Of a DNA stretch of 64,000 nt, positions 30,088 through 41,159 are shown piece by piece. Position 1 is the first letter of the stretch. Every line of letters begins with the position of its first letter. The DNA lies in assembly GCA_014905635.1 (NCBI GenBank), contig CM026547.1:1-64000 (forward strand). Reading direction: 5' to 3'. Position numbers and translations under genes: made by a program. Source of the stretch: Scenedesmus sp. PABB004. Taxonomy: Eukaryota. The notes beneath the pieces are model-generated. The model made no database searches. It was not told the DNA's origin and saw only the letters and a list, made by a program, of their open reading frames with translations.

Positions 30088-33000
30088 TCACGGCGCCTGC
30101 TGCTGCTGCTCCGGCTTGGCGCCGCTGGCGCCGCCGGCGCCGCCGCCGCCGCCGGCGCGCTCCGCCGACTCTGCGAGCCTGATGAGCTCCGCCAGCGGGA
30201 TGACCGCCTGGTCGGAGCCCTCGCGCTTGATCTCCAGCCTGGCAACACGCGGCGGCAGGGGCGGCGGCGGCGGCGCGCTCGGCGCGGGCACTCGGCGCGC
30301 GGCGCGCGCGCGCGTGGGGCGCGGCGGCGCGCGCGCGCTTTGTGCGCTGTGCGGTGCCGCGCCTGTCGAGCAGCGCGCGCAGGTCGTCGTCGTCGAGGTT
30401 TGCCTTGAGGAAGCGCAGCGCGTCGCTGAGCTCGCCCGCGCTGATGAGGCCGTCGTTGTCGAGGTCGATCACGTGCAGCGCCTCGCCTGCGTGGCAGGCA
30501 GCCCAGGGGGGGGGGGCGACGGGGGTGAGGAGGGTGAGGAGGCGTGGGCGAGGTGTGCGCCACCGCAGGCGGGGGAGGGCCGAGGCCTCCCAAGGGGCGG
30601 CGGCCGGCGCGCGGGCGGCGGGCGCGGGCGGCGGCGGTGTCGGCCCGCACCGATCGCCTCGTCGGCCTGGTCGAGCTCCTTCTCGAGGCGCGTGAGGATG
30701 CCCGCGATGTGCCCCTCCAGGCGCAGCGGCGCGCTCAGCTCGTCCGCGAGCGCGGCGGTCGTGTCCTCGGGCCGCACCGCGTGCAGGCTGCCGCCGGTGA
30801 AGGTCAGCGACGGGCTCGCCGTGCCGTGCGTGTCCTGCAGCGCGCTGATCTGGCTGCGCACCAGGTCCATGAACTTGGCCCGCTCCGTCGCCACGCCTGC
30901 GGGACAGACAGCAGCGGCGGCGCGCGGCGTGAGCGCTTGTGCGCGCGCTGGCCGGCCGCGCGCGCGCCGCCCCCGCCCGCGTCGCCCCCGCACCCGAGCT
31001 GGACGCGAGGACGGTGATGGCGTAGAGCAGCTGCTGCATGCGCCGCTCCCGCGCGTCGGTGAGGCGCGCGGCGCGCTGCTCCTCGCTGATGCCCTCCGCC
31101 GCGATGACGTCGCGCAGCGCGCTCGCGCTCGCCTCGCCCAGCACCGCGCTCGCGGCCGCCGTCGCGGCGGCGTGCTGCGCGGCGGCCGCGCCCGCCGCCG
31201 CGTCGGGGCGGGGCTCCGCCTCGAGCACGCGCTCCAGCCCGCCGCCGGCCACCGGCGCGGGGCCGCGGGCGCGTGGCCCGCGTGCGCGCCGGCCATGGAC
31301 GCGGGCTCCGCCGCGGCCGCCTCCACCTCGGCCGCCTGCGCCTCTGCCTGGATGAGCTTCTGCTCCTTCTGCATGAGGTGCAGCCGCTTCGCCAGCTCCT
31401 CAGCGCCTGCCGCGCCGCGCGCGGGGGGTGTGTGAGTGAGGAGGCGCCGCCGCGCGGGCGCGCGGGCGCGGCGCACGGGCATGTGCGGCACGCGGGCGCG
31501 CGGCGTGCGGCGCGCGGGTGGCGGCGCGCACTCGTGGTCGGCGCTGCGACCTCGAGGCCCACGTCCTTGATGACCTCCTCGGGCAGCGTGAGCAGCGTCT
31601 CCTTCACGCGCCCCAGCTCCTCCGCCGCGCCCGCCGCGCCCGCGGGCGCGGGCTTGGGCGCGCCGGTGGTGGTGAGCGTGAAGGCGCGGCTCAGCAGCAG
31701 CAGGCTGCTGGGCAGGCCGCGGTTGAGGGACAGGTCCAGCCAGTTCTGGGCGGGGGAGGGAGGGGGCGGGAGAGGGGAGGGGGAAGCGGGAGGTTGGCGC
31801 GCGCCAGCCGCCCGGCAGCGCGCTCAACAACAGGAGCACGCCGAGCTCGCGCAGCACGCAGCACTTGAGAGAGTGAGGGAGGGAAGGACGCAGACGTGCA
31901 CAGACGACAGAGGACGCCGACGCCCTGGCGGGTGGCCTTCAGGGGATGGTGTGTGTCTTGTCATGCGGTGTGTCAGGTCTATCAACTTTCGATTTGGTTC
32001 CGCAGCATCACCAGGCCGGCACGCAGGCACGCAGGCCACACCACGCAGGCACGCAGGCACGTCACACGCCCCCCCCCCCCCGCACCTGCATCTGGCGCCG
32101 CATGAAGGGCGCCGCGCCGTCGCCGTATGCGGCCTTCATGCCCCGCGTCTTGCACGCCGTGCGCAGCTCGTCGTCGGTCAGGCTCTCCAGGCCCTCCGCG
32201 CGGATGAGCAGGTCGTCCTGCACCGCGGCGCGCGCAGGGGCGGCGCGCGGCGGCGGCGGGGCGGGTGGTGAGGGCGGGCAGGCACGTGGCAGCGGCGGGG
32301 GCGGCGTCGCGCCCCGCACGGGCAGACGCGCGCGCCGCGCGTCGTGTGCGCCGCGCGCGCCGCGTGCGCGGCAGGCATGGCGCGCCTGCTTGAGGCCGTC
32401 GAGGTGGGAGCGCAGGCGGTTGCGCAGGAAGCCGTCGGTGCCAAACGGCGGGATGCCGAGCAGCTGGCACATCGACACGAGCTGCACGCGGTCGAGGTTG
32501 TCCAGCGTGAGCTCGTCGTTGAAGAGGCTCGCAAAGCGCACGAGCTCGTCGTTGGACACCTCCGCGCCCGCGCGCACCTGCGCGCCGCGCCGCGCCACGC
32601 CGCGCGCGCGCGCCGTCAGCGCTGCTGCTGCCCGGCCGCTGCCGCCGCCGCGCCGGCCCGCCGCGTCCGGTGCCGGCCCGCCGCTGCCGCCGCCGCGCCG
32701 GCCCGCCGCGTCCGGTGCAGGACCAGTGTCATGACAAAGCAGAAGCCACAGTGGCGACTTCAACTTCGTGATGACGCGGGTCCTGGACCCGACGCGGCGG
32801 GCCCCGGCGCCTGCCCGGCGGCGCGCGGGGGAGGGCGCGATGCCCCCCCCCCCCCCGCCCCCTCAGGCGGCGCCTCACCCGGTTGACAAAGGCGTACAGC
32901 TCCGCCGCGCTGGTCGACATCTCGCCCGTGCGCTTGCTCTTGATGTCCTTGGCCATCTCGGCCACCGTGTCCTGCGCGCGAGACGCCCCGACGGCACGTG

Positions 33001-34185
33001 AGGCGCCGCGCGCCGCGCCGCGTGCGGTGACGGGCAGCGCGCTGCAGCGCGTCGTGGCGCGTCGTGCGTGGCGCGTGCCTGCAGGAACTGCGCGACCTCC
33101 ATCTTGACCACGAGGCGCTTCTTGACCTCCTCCTCCTTCTTCAGCTTGTCCTGGAACGTGCTGGGCAGCATGTTGGGGAACAGCTTCAGCAGCAGCGGCA
33201 GCGCGAGCTCCAGGAACGGGATGAGCTGCGGCGCGCGGGCGGGCGGGCGGGTGCGCAGGGGGCGGGCGGCGGCGCGTCGGCGCGGCGCGGAGCGCACTGC
33301 CCGCCGCGGGGCGCCGCGGGGCGCCGCCGCGCGCACTGCCCGCCGCGGCGCGCGCGGTGCGTGTGTGCGCGCGTGGTGTCTCACGAGGATGATGATCATG
33401 GGCACGAGGCGGAACATGTCGGCGGTCGTGCGCGTGAGCTGCTTGCGCTCGCGCCGCGTGAGCGCGTTGCCGCGCATCGCCTTGAGCGCCAGCCCGCTCG
33501 CGACGCGCACGTCAAACGCCAGCAGCTTGAAGCCGACCTGCGTGCGCCCCGGCGCGCGGCGCGGGGCGGCGGCGCGGCGCGGTCGGCGGCGCGTCGCCGG
33601 CGCCGGCGCCGCCCGGCCTGCCGCCGCCGCGTCGCGGCGGGGCGCGCGCGCGCGCACCCAGTAGTGGTGCGCCTCGTCCTTGACCGTCTTCTTGACGCCG
33701 CGCCACCAGAGCGCCCAGTCGGCGCGCGACCAGCACGCGAGCGCCCAGAGCTTGCCCGGCACCGACGCGAAAAAGCCGAGCAGCGCGAGCACGCCCCGCC
33801 CGACCGCCGCGGCCGCGTCGCCGGCGCGCTGCGCGGTCGTGCGGTAGGAGGAGGGCAGGCTCATGCGCTGGTAGGAGCTACGCGCGCGCTCGTACTGCTC
33901 GATCGCGGCGTCGCAGTCCTGCGCGCCCGGCAGCGCGCCGCCGCCTGGCTCCTCGCGCCGCCGCTCGCCGCCCGCGAAGCCGCGTAGCGCCTCCAGGCGG
34001 TGCGGCGCGTACTGCGCCTCCCACCAGGCGTCCCGCCCACCGCGCCCGCCCCAGCCGGGCGGCCGGGCGGCGAGGTGCGCCAGCGCTGCTGCTCCCACGC
34101 GCAGCGCTGGCGCGTGGCCGCCCCCCGCCGCCGCGTGGGCGCGCAGCATCGCCAGTGTGACGCCTCCGGCGCGCCGCAGGCTCAT
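30088..34185 (-). CDS. LETM1: LETM1/Mdm38 mitochondrial inner-membrane protein with EF-hand
   Basis: KDEAHHYWVGFKLL, LTRRERKQLTRTTADMFRLVP, LKLFPNMLPSTF, FNDELTLDNL, ELRTACKTRGM, WLDLSLNRGLPSSLLLLSRAF; EF-hand IDLDNDGLISAGEL; Arg/Ala-rich presequence-like start. Confidence 0.96.
31934..32017 (-). ncRNA. Intronic box C/D snoRNA candidate with an 18S rRNA guide
   Basis: Minus strand: GGCCU/AGGCC terminal stem, box C GUGAUGC (32011-32005), D' CUGA (31976-31973), C'-like GCAUGA, D CUGA (31942-31939); guide AUCGAAAGUUGAUAG is antisense to conserved 18S CUAUCAACUUUCGAU; same sense as host LETM1 intron 31746-32085. Confidence 0.8.
32695..32810 (-). ncRNA. Long imperfect hairpin (pre-miRNA-like) in a LETM1 intron
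   Basis: Arms pair along ~50 nt around a loop at ~32749-32751, including a perfect 12-bp block 32701-32712/32791-32802; lies in intron 32578-32878. Strand assumed from the host gene. Confidence 0.5.
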
Positions 34186-34756
34186 TGCGCCCACCGGGCA
34201 GCGCGCGGGCGCTGGTGATGGGATGCGCCTCCCCGCGTTCAGCGCCGCACGCGGCCGCGCCCGCGCATCCAGCGGGCGCGAGATCGTGACGACGCCCGGA
34301 GAATGAGTCAGGCCAGAGATCTCGTTGCGTTGGCGGGCGGGAGGCGTGCAGAGCGCAGGCGTGCTGCTGCGAGCGGCCGCACACGCGCGCAGCGTCGCGC
34401 CTGTCGTGACCGGTTGTGTGGCCGGGGCCTGGGGAACAGCAGAGAGCCCTGCTGAGCCCCAGCTGTCACAAGCAAGCGCCGCGGCGGCGAGCGCGGCGCG
34501 ACGAGCACGGCACACCCCGTTGAGGCCGCGGCGTCAGGCATCCGCCGCCACTTTCTTCACTCGCCAGGGGCCAGGCGCCGGCTCGGCCAGGCAGCAGCAC
34601 GCGCCGGCTCGCCGCTGCCGCCGTGCGCGCCGCGTGGCGCGCCTGCCGCGGCCGCCGCGGCCGTCCGCCCCGGGCCCGCCACGCTCACCTGCACGGCGGG
34701 CGCTGCGCCGCCCGGGCCGGCGGCGCCGCGCGGGCGGGCGGTGCGCGAGCGTTCGA

Positions 34757-36691
34757 ATGGCAGCGGCGGACGCGGACGCGGCGCGCCCGGCGGCCGACGC
34801 GGGCGCGGAGGAGGCGCCGCCCGCCAAGCGGCCGCGCGGGCCGCTGGACCGCTTCCTGCGCCCCCGGCCGCGGCCGCAGCAGCAGCTCGTGCCGCAGGCG
34901 GCGCTCAGGTGGGCGGGGCAGGGTGGAGCGCGGCCGCGGCAGCCGCCGGCCGCCCGTGCCGACCGCGCCGCCCGCGCCGACCGCGCAGGTCGGCGCACCT
35001 GGCGCACCAGCTGCTGGCGGCGGAGCTGGGCTGGCCGGTGACGGGCTCGGGACGCGCCTGGCTCGCCGCCACGAGCGGGCGCGGCGCGGCGCAGCTGGCG
35101 CTGCCGCCGGTGCGGCAGCAGGCGCTGCTGAACCAGCGCCAGCCCGTGGCCTGCCTGGAGCTGCAGCGCGGCGGCGACGGCCTGGCGGCGGTGGGCTTTG
35201 CGGGCGGCACGCTGCACCTGCTGCGCCGCGCCGAGCTGGCGCGCGCCGCCGCGGCGGCGTGCGACCCGGGCGGCGGCGGCCTGGCGTGCGTCGCGGTTGC
35301 CGCGGCGGCGGTGTGGACGCTGGACCTGCAGGCCCGCCTGCTCAGCGCCGACTGGGCGCACGGCGGCGAGCTCGCGGAGCTGGCGACTGCGGGGCCGCGC
35401 GGCGTGCAGGTCCGGCGCTTCGTTGAGGTGCGGCGGCGCCGCGGGCTGCGCGCGCGCCGCCGCCCTCCCCCTCTTCCGCGCATGCGGCGTGATCTGGCGC
35501 CGCTTGCCCGGCAGGGCCGGCACCACGCGGCGGCGCTGGCGCTCAAGTCGGGGCGGCCCGCCGAGGGCGCGGCGTGCGTGCGCTACCTGCCGCGCGGCGC
35601 GGCCTACACGCTCGCCGCGGCGCGGCCGGGCGGCCTGGCGCTGTGGGACTGCCGCGCCGCGTCGCGCGCGGTCGCGGAGCTGCCCACCAGCGGCGCGCTC
35701 GCGCACCTCGCGCCACTGCCTGGCGGTGAGCTGCTGCTGGGAGGCTGTGGGGACGGGCAGGTCGCGCTGTATGACGTGCGCCGCCACGCCGGCAGCGCCA
35801 GCAGCGTGGTCAACTTTGGCGGCGGGCGCGACGCCGCAGCGCTGGTGGCGCGATACAACCTGCCCATGCGCGCGGCGGCCGCGGCCGGCGGCGCCGGGGC
35901 GGCGGCGCCGCTCTTTCCCTTCCTCTCCGCGCTGTGCGTCAGCCCGGGCGACGCCAACCTGGTCGCGTACGCGCGGCCGGACCTGCAGGTGTGGCCGGCC
36001 CCCGCTGCGGCCGCCGCGCAGGCGCCGTGCGGGTGGCTTGCCCCCCACACACACGCTCGCTTGCCGCCGCGGGCACGCAGGTGGGCGTGCTGGACCTGGC
36101 CCACAACCGCGTGGTCGCCCAGGCCTGCGTCGCGGAGGCGCTCGGCGGCGGCGACGCGGCAATGCTGGCCGGCTGCCAGCAGCGGGTGAGCCGCGGGGCA
36201 GGCGCGCGCGCGGGCTCCGCACGTGCGCGCCGCCGGCCGCGCCTTACGCGCCGCCGCCGGCGCCGGCTGCCCGCTGCGCTCGCGCCCAGGCGGCGGCGCG
36301 GTGCTGCTGGGACGGCATGGGCCGCGTGCTCTACACGCACGGCCTGCTGCGCCAGGGCCAGCCCGACGGCGCGGCGAGCCTCAGCCCGACGCTGGCGGCG
36401 GTGGACTTTGGGAGCTGCGTGGGGCAGGAGCAGCGGCGCGGCGGCGCCTGGCTGCGCCGGGACGACGCGGGCGGCGGCAGCGGCGCCGTCGAGGCCGCAG
36501 CGGACACCGCGCGTGAGCACGACCAGGGCGCGTGCGGCGGCGGTGCCGCTGCCGGCGGCGTGCTGAGCGCGGACAGGCAGGTCTGGCACCTCGCCATGCC
36601 GGCACACGCCGTGCCCACGGAGCTGGCTGTAGGGGCGGGCGGCGAGCTGCTGCTGGGCACGCTGCAGGGCGACCTGGTGTGTGTGCGCTGA
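34757..36691 (+). CDS. WD40/beta-propeller protein
   Basis: Blade-like segments VACLELQRGGDGLAAVGFAGGTLHLL, GGLALWDCR, GCGDGQVALYDVR, VGVLDL; GT-AG introns; N-terminal PAKRPR. Confidence 0.7.
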
Positions 36692-36708
36692 GCCGGGGTG
36701 ATGGCCGC

Positions 36709-36756
36709 CGAGCTGAGCTGAGCTGAGGTGAGCCGAGCTGAGCTGAGCTGAGCTGG
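36709..36756. repeat. (GAGCT)n pentamer microsatellite in 3' region
   Basis: About nine GAGCT units with two variants (GAGGT, GAGCC). Confidence 0.9.
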
Positions 36757-37165
36757 GCAGGCGGCGGGCAGTCGTCGCAGGGGTGCTGTTACAGAGCAGG
36801 CCGGCTCGCGCCTCCACACTCCGCCCGCCGGGCTCAGCCACGGCAGCTGCACCAGTGTATTAGGCCCTCCGCCCGCGGTCAGAGAGACCGGCGGGCACGG
36901 CAATAGTTATTTCTGCTGCTGCGCAGTGTTTGGCAGCGGCCAGCGCGCGCGGTGCGTCGCAGCTGTCTTATGTCCCTGCAGGGCAGGCAGATAGACTCAT
37001 CAGATAAGCAAAAGGATGCAAAAACGCAAAGTTGGATATTCGAAAGGAACTCAGCCCATGTTGACCGTCAGCAAAACCGTGGCAGCACACGCGGCGCGCT
37101 CAAGCCGTCGTGCGACTTGTGGTCAACCATCCTGCTGCCCGGCGGCCGCCGCGGGGGCGGGGCGC

Positions 37166-40066
37166 TTAGGACGCGAACCAGGTCCAGCTCTCGATCGTGT
37201 CGTCCACGGTCGAGTCGGCGAGCTTGCCGTCGGGGCTCACGAAGAACGAGCGGCCGCCGAGGAAGGACTCGCCGCCGCGCAGCGCAAAGTCGGGGCCGTT
37301 GGCGCCCGGGACCACGATGAAGCCCCAGCACGTCGCCTCGGCGAGGCAGGCCGCCTTGCAGGTGTCGATGCTGTTGCAGCGCGCCGTGTTCCACTCGATC
37401 GCGCCGCGGCCCGCCTCGACGAGCGCGGGGTTAGTGCTCGTGCCGATGAGGCCCGCGCGCGCGTCGGCCATGTAGTCGGTGATGTCGCAGGCGGCAAACA
37501 TGCCGCTGCCCATCGTCTTGGCGCCGACCTTGGTGCTCGCCGCCGCAAACTCGCTGGGCGGCACCTTGTACATCATCATTGCGGTGCTTGGCGACGACGC
37601 CATGGCCCACACGGGCGTGAGGCGCGCGTGCTTGCACGACAGGCTGCTGCCTGTCTGCACCATCTCGGCGATGCAGCACACGCCGGGCGGGCACGCCTCG
37701 ACGCAGAGCTTGACCGCGGCGTTGACCGACGCGGCGGCCGCGGTCGACACGGTCGTGTTGAGCATCGCAGCGGGCAAGCCCATGCGATCCCCCACCGGCT
37801 TGGGCACCTGAGCGAAGCGCGGCACGCACGCGTCGCGGCGCGTCTCGCCGCGCTTGTAGGTGAGGCCGTAGCTCGTGTAGCCGTCGCCGACGGGGTCGTT
37901 GAACGTGGTGGTCGGGCAGCTCATGCAGCTGTCGCTGGAGAGGCCCGTGTTGAAGCTGTTGAAGTCGCACAGCTCGCACGTGCTGCTGCCAGAGGCCTTG
38001 CCGAAGCCGGACGCGCACGAGTCGCAGGTCGTGGACCCGACGCCCATGGTGCTGTTGGCGTCGCCGCAGGGCAGGCAGAGCGCGCTGGCGCCGCCGGCAG
38101 AGTAGTAGCCCACGGGGCAGGGCTTGGCGCCGGTGTTGGTGGTGTTGCCACTCGGGTTCCAGGGGTCGGTCGAGTTGCCGTCATAGAGGCCGCTACCAGC
38201 CGGCACGATGCAGTCGGTGATCGAGTCCTGGAGCGTGCCGTTGCCGGGCTCGTAGAGCGTGGTGCGGCCCTCGGGGCAGGGCTCGCACGGCTGCATGCTC
38301 GCGGCGGCCGCCCAGAAGCCGTCGGGGCACTGGTTGGCGCCCTCGCTGGTGTAGCCGAAGCCGCCGGGGTTGAGGCAGGCGTCGAAACTGGTCGACGCGG
38401 CCGCGGAGTAGAGGTTCTTGGTGCAGGCCTTGCAGGGCGCGTTGATGAGGCCAAACGTGGTGTTGGCGACGCCGTAGGTGTTGGCCGGGCACGGCTTGAT
38501 GGCCTTGAACTTGGTGAAGTCGGCGGGGTCAAAGGTGATGCCCCAGCCGGCCTTGATGTCTGTGGGCGAGCGGGGCGGGCGCAGGGCAGGCGCGCGTGAG
38601 CGCCGGCGGCGTGCAGGCGGGCTGCGCGGCGCGCAGCAGGCGCGCGTGAGCAGGCAGGCAGGCAGGCAGGGCGCGCCAGCGCGGCCAGGCCACTCACAGC
38701 AAGAGGCGGAGGTGGCGGCGACCTTGCTGCCGGCGGCAGCGCTGGGGAGCTCGTCGGTCTCGGTCGCGTCGCTCAGGATGCCGGCGCCGCACGGGGTGCA
38801 CGCGTCCTTGCCGTCGCCGCTGGCGCTGACCACCTCCTTGAACGCCTTCCAGCCGGTGCGGTAGTAGCCCTCGGTGTCGGTGTTGGCGGGCGTGGTCGGG
38901 CACTTGGCCATGGTGCCGTTGGCGGCGCTGCCGCGCACGTAGTAGCCCGGGGGCACCACGCAGTCGTCGGCCGAGGTCGAACCGTTCTTGAGCGTGATGG
39001 CGTTGTAGGGGCAGGGCTTGCACGACCAGGTGCCGGCGGTGCCGTCGAAGAAGAAGCCGACGGGGCACGCCTCCACGGCCGTGGGCACAAAGGTGCTGCT
39101 GCTCGTCACGGGGACGGCCGAGCCGGTGGGCTCAGTGCCGGCGGTCGTGGTGGCGAGCTTGTAGCCGGGCATCAGCACTGCGCAGCGCGGGAGGGGCGGC
39201 AGGGCGGTCAGGCGGGGGCCGGCAGACGGCGCGGCGCGGCGCAGCCGCCGCACGCGGCGCGGCGCGGCGCGGCAGCAGTGGCGGCCGCGCGGCACCCACC
39301 GTTGCACTTGTCGATGCCGGTGGAGGCGATGCTCGCGGTGGTCCAGCCCTCGGGGCAGGACAGGCAGTTGATGGCGAGCTTGTTGTCGGTGCGCACAAAG
39401 TTGGAGCGGTAGAGGCCCTTGGGGCAGTCGCGGACGACGTTGAGCTCCCAGAACTTGCCGGGCGGCACCTGGCACACGTCGTTCTTGTTGTCGCGCGTGC
39501 CGTTATAGCCGGTGGGCGCCGCCAGGCCGGACTGGCACGGCAGGCAGGTCTTGAGGCGGTTCAGGTCGGGCGCGTACGTGTTGCCCGCGCACTGCTGGGC
39601 GGAGCCGCCGCGGCTCGTGGGGAGCACGTAGCCGGCCTGGGCGACTGCGGGAGGGAGGGGCGGGCAGCAGGCGCGCGGGCGGCGAGTCAGCAGCAGCGCC
39701 TTGCGCGCGCGCGCGTGCGCGCTGCAGCCCGCAAGCACAGCAGGCGCAGCAGGCGGTGCGGGGCGCGCAAGCAGGCGAGCGGCCACTCACTGCAGTCGGC
39801 GGCGCGGGTGGTCGACGCGGACTTGGTCGTGAGGCCGACGGTGCCGGCGGGGTTGCAGCTGTTCAGCGCGCCCGCGTCGTCGGTCGGCAGCCGCGCGTTC
39901 TTGTCGCCGCCGGGGCAGTAGGAGCCGGTGGGGCAGGGCGTGCACTGGCGGGTGTTGCCGGTGACGTTCTGGAAGGTGCCGGGCGGGCACACTGCAGGGC
40001 GGCGGCGGCGCATGTGAGCGCGCGGGTGAGCCGCGGGCCGGCCGCGCGCGCGGCGGCGGCGCGCAG

Positions 40067-40098
<32 letters not shown>

Positions 40099-40387
40099 CA
40101 CGCAGCACCAACCGCCGCCGCGGCGCAGGCGGGCGCCCAAGCTCACCGCACTGCACGATGGAGCGGCCGTCGCTGCCGCGGGCGGGCACGTAGCCCTTCA
40201 TGCAGCGCAGGCAGACGTAGGTCTCCTTGCTGTCCAGGATGCGGGTGGTGCAACGGCGGGCCGTGCACGCGGGGATCTGGGCCGGGCAGGAGACGCCGCT
40301 CTGGAGCAGCTGGCGCGCCGGCGCCGCCGAGGCCAGGGCCGCGAGGCCCAGCAGCAGGACGGCCAGGGTGGCCATGCGAGCTGCCAT
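37166..40387 (-). CDS. Secreted Cys-rich protein with ephrin-receptor-like/GCC2_GCC3 (CxxCPxG) repeats
   Basis: Signal peptide LAVLLLGLAALASA followed by RQLLQ; many C-x2-C-P-x-G repeats (CTPCPTGSYCPGG, CLSCPEG, CKPCPYN, CEPCPEG); exons 40387-40147, 39991-39791, 39644-39300, 39177-38698, 38559-37166. Confidence 0.88.
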
Positions 40388-40537
40388 CGCGTCGGTGCGC
40401 GGCTGCGCGGGACCGCGGCGCTACGGGGCTGGCTGGGCGAGGGCCGAGTGGGCTGCAGCTGGCTGGTGGCTTGCAGCGGCCACGGACGCGGGCGAGAGAG
40501 CGCGGCGACTAGCTGGGCCTGCAGGGCGGAGCGCGCT

Positions 40538-40543
40538 ATATAG
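40538..40543 (-). promoter_or_regulatory. Putative TATA box of the Cys-rich protein gene
   Basis: TATATA in an otherwise very GC-rich context, ~150 nt upstream of the ATG at 40387. Confidence 0.55.
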
Positions 40544-41159
40544 CCGGAGAGCGCCGGCACAGCGTCGGCGGCTTCGTGGCGGGCGGCCGGAGCTCGCACT
40601 GCCGAACGTGGGCGGACTCACGGCGACCTCTCGATTTTGTCAACGCGCGAGTTCTTGCGACACTATAAAATGTTTGTGTGAACGCGGCAAAGCTTCCGAG
40701 CACCCGAGCCGGGCGATTAGGTGCCGCAGCGCCGCGCGGTGTGTGTGTCACCCGCTCGGTGAGGTCACCGGCGCGCTGGCCTGTCCGCGTCCGAAACGGC
40801 CGGTTCCAAATATCACAGTGGCACCGGAAAGCGTCTCAGCGCAGCAGGCCGGGTTTTGGACCGCCCAGCGCGGAGCCGGCCGTCGTACCCCGCCATCTCG
40901 CCATGCCGACCGCTCGCCGACCGCGTCGTCGTCGGTGTTTGCCGCCGCGTAAATCGCGCCCCGGCCTAAGCTCCAGCCTGACCGCGCGGTCAGGTCTGCT
41001 GTGCCGCGCACGCGAGCCGGCGCCGTCGGCTGCGCCGCGGGTGTCGTGGCGCGGCGCAGCCCACTCGCGGCCGCAGCCCGACCCTCGAGCCTTACCAAGC
41101 TCGCTTGCCGCCTCTCCCGGCCGCCGAGCCCAACCGCCCTCCGGCCGCGCTGGTCCGGC

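Noticed and set aside
31979..31993. rDNA fragment insertion
   Set aside because: Only 15 nt match 18S, and they sit antisense just before a CUGA box inside a C/D frame, which fits a guide better.
32726..32777. SECIS element (ATGA...GA) in the hairpin
   Set aside because: The motif is on the strand antisense to LETM1, intronic rather than 3' UTR, and helix II does not pair in the SECIS register.
37166..40387. Mastigoneme protein MST1 or an ephrin receptor kinase
   Set aside because: Shares only generic Cys repeats; no poly-Pro tail, TM segment or kinase domain seen.
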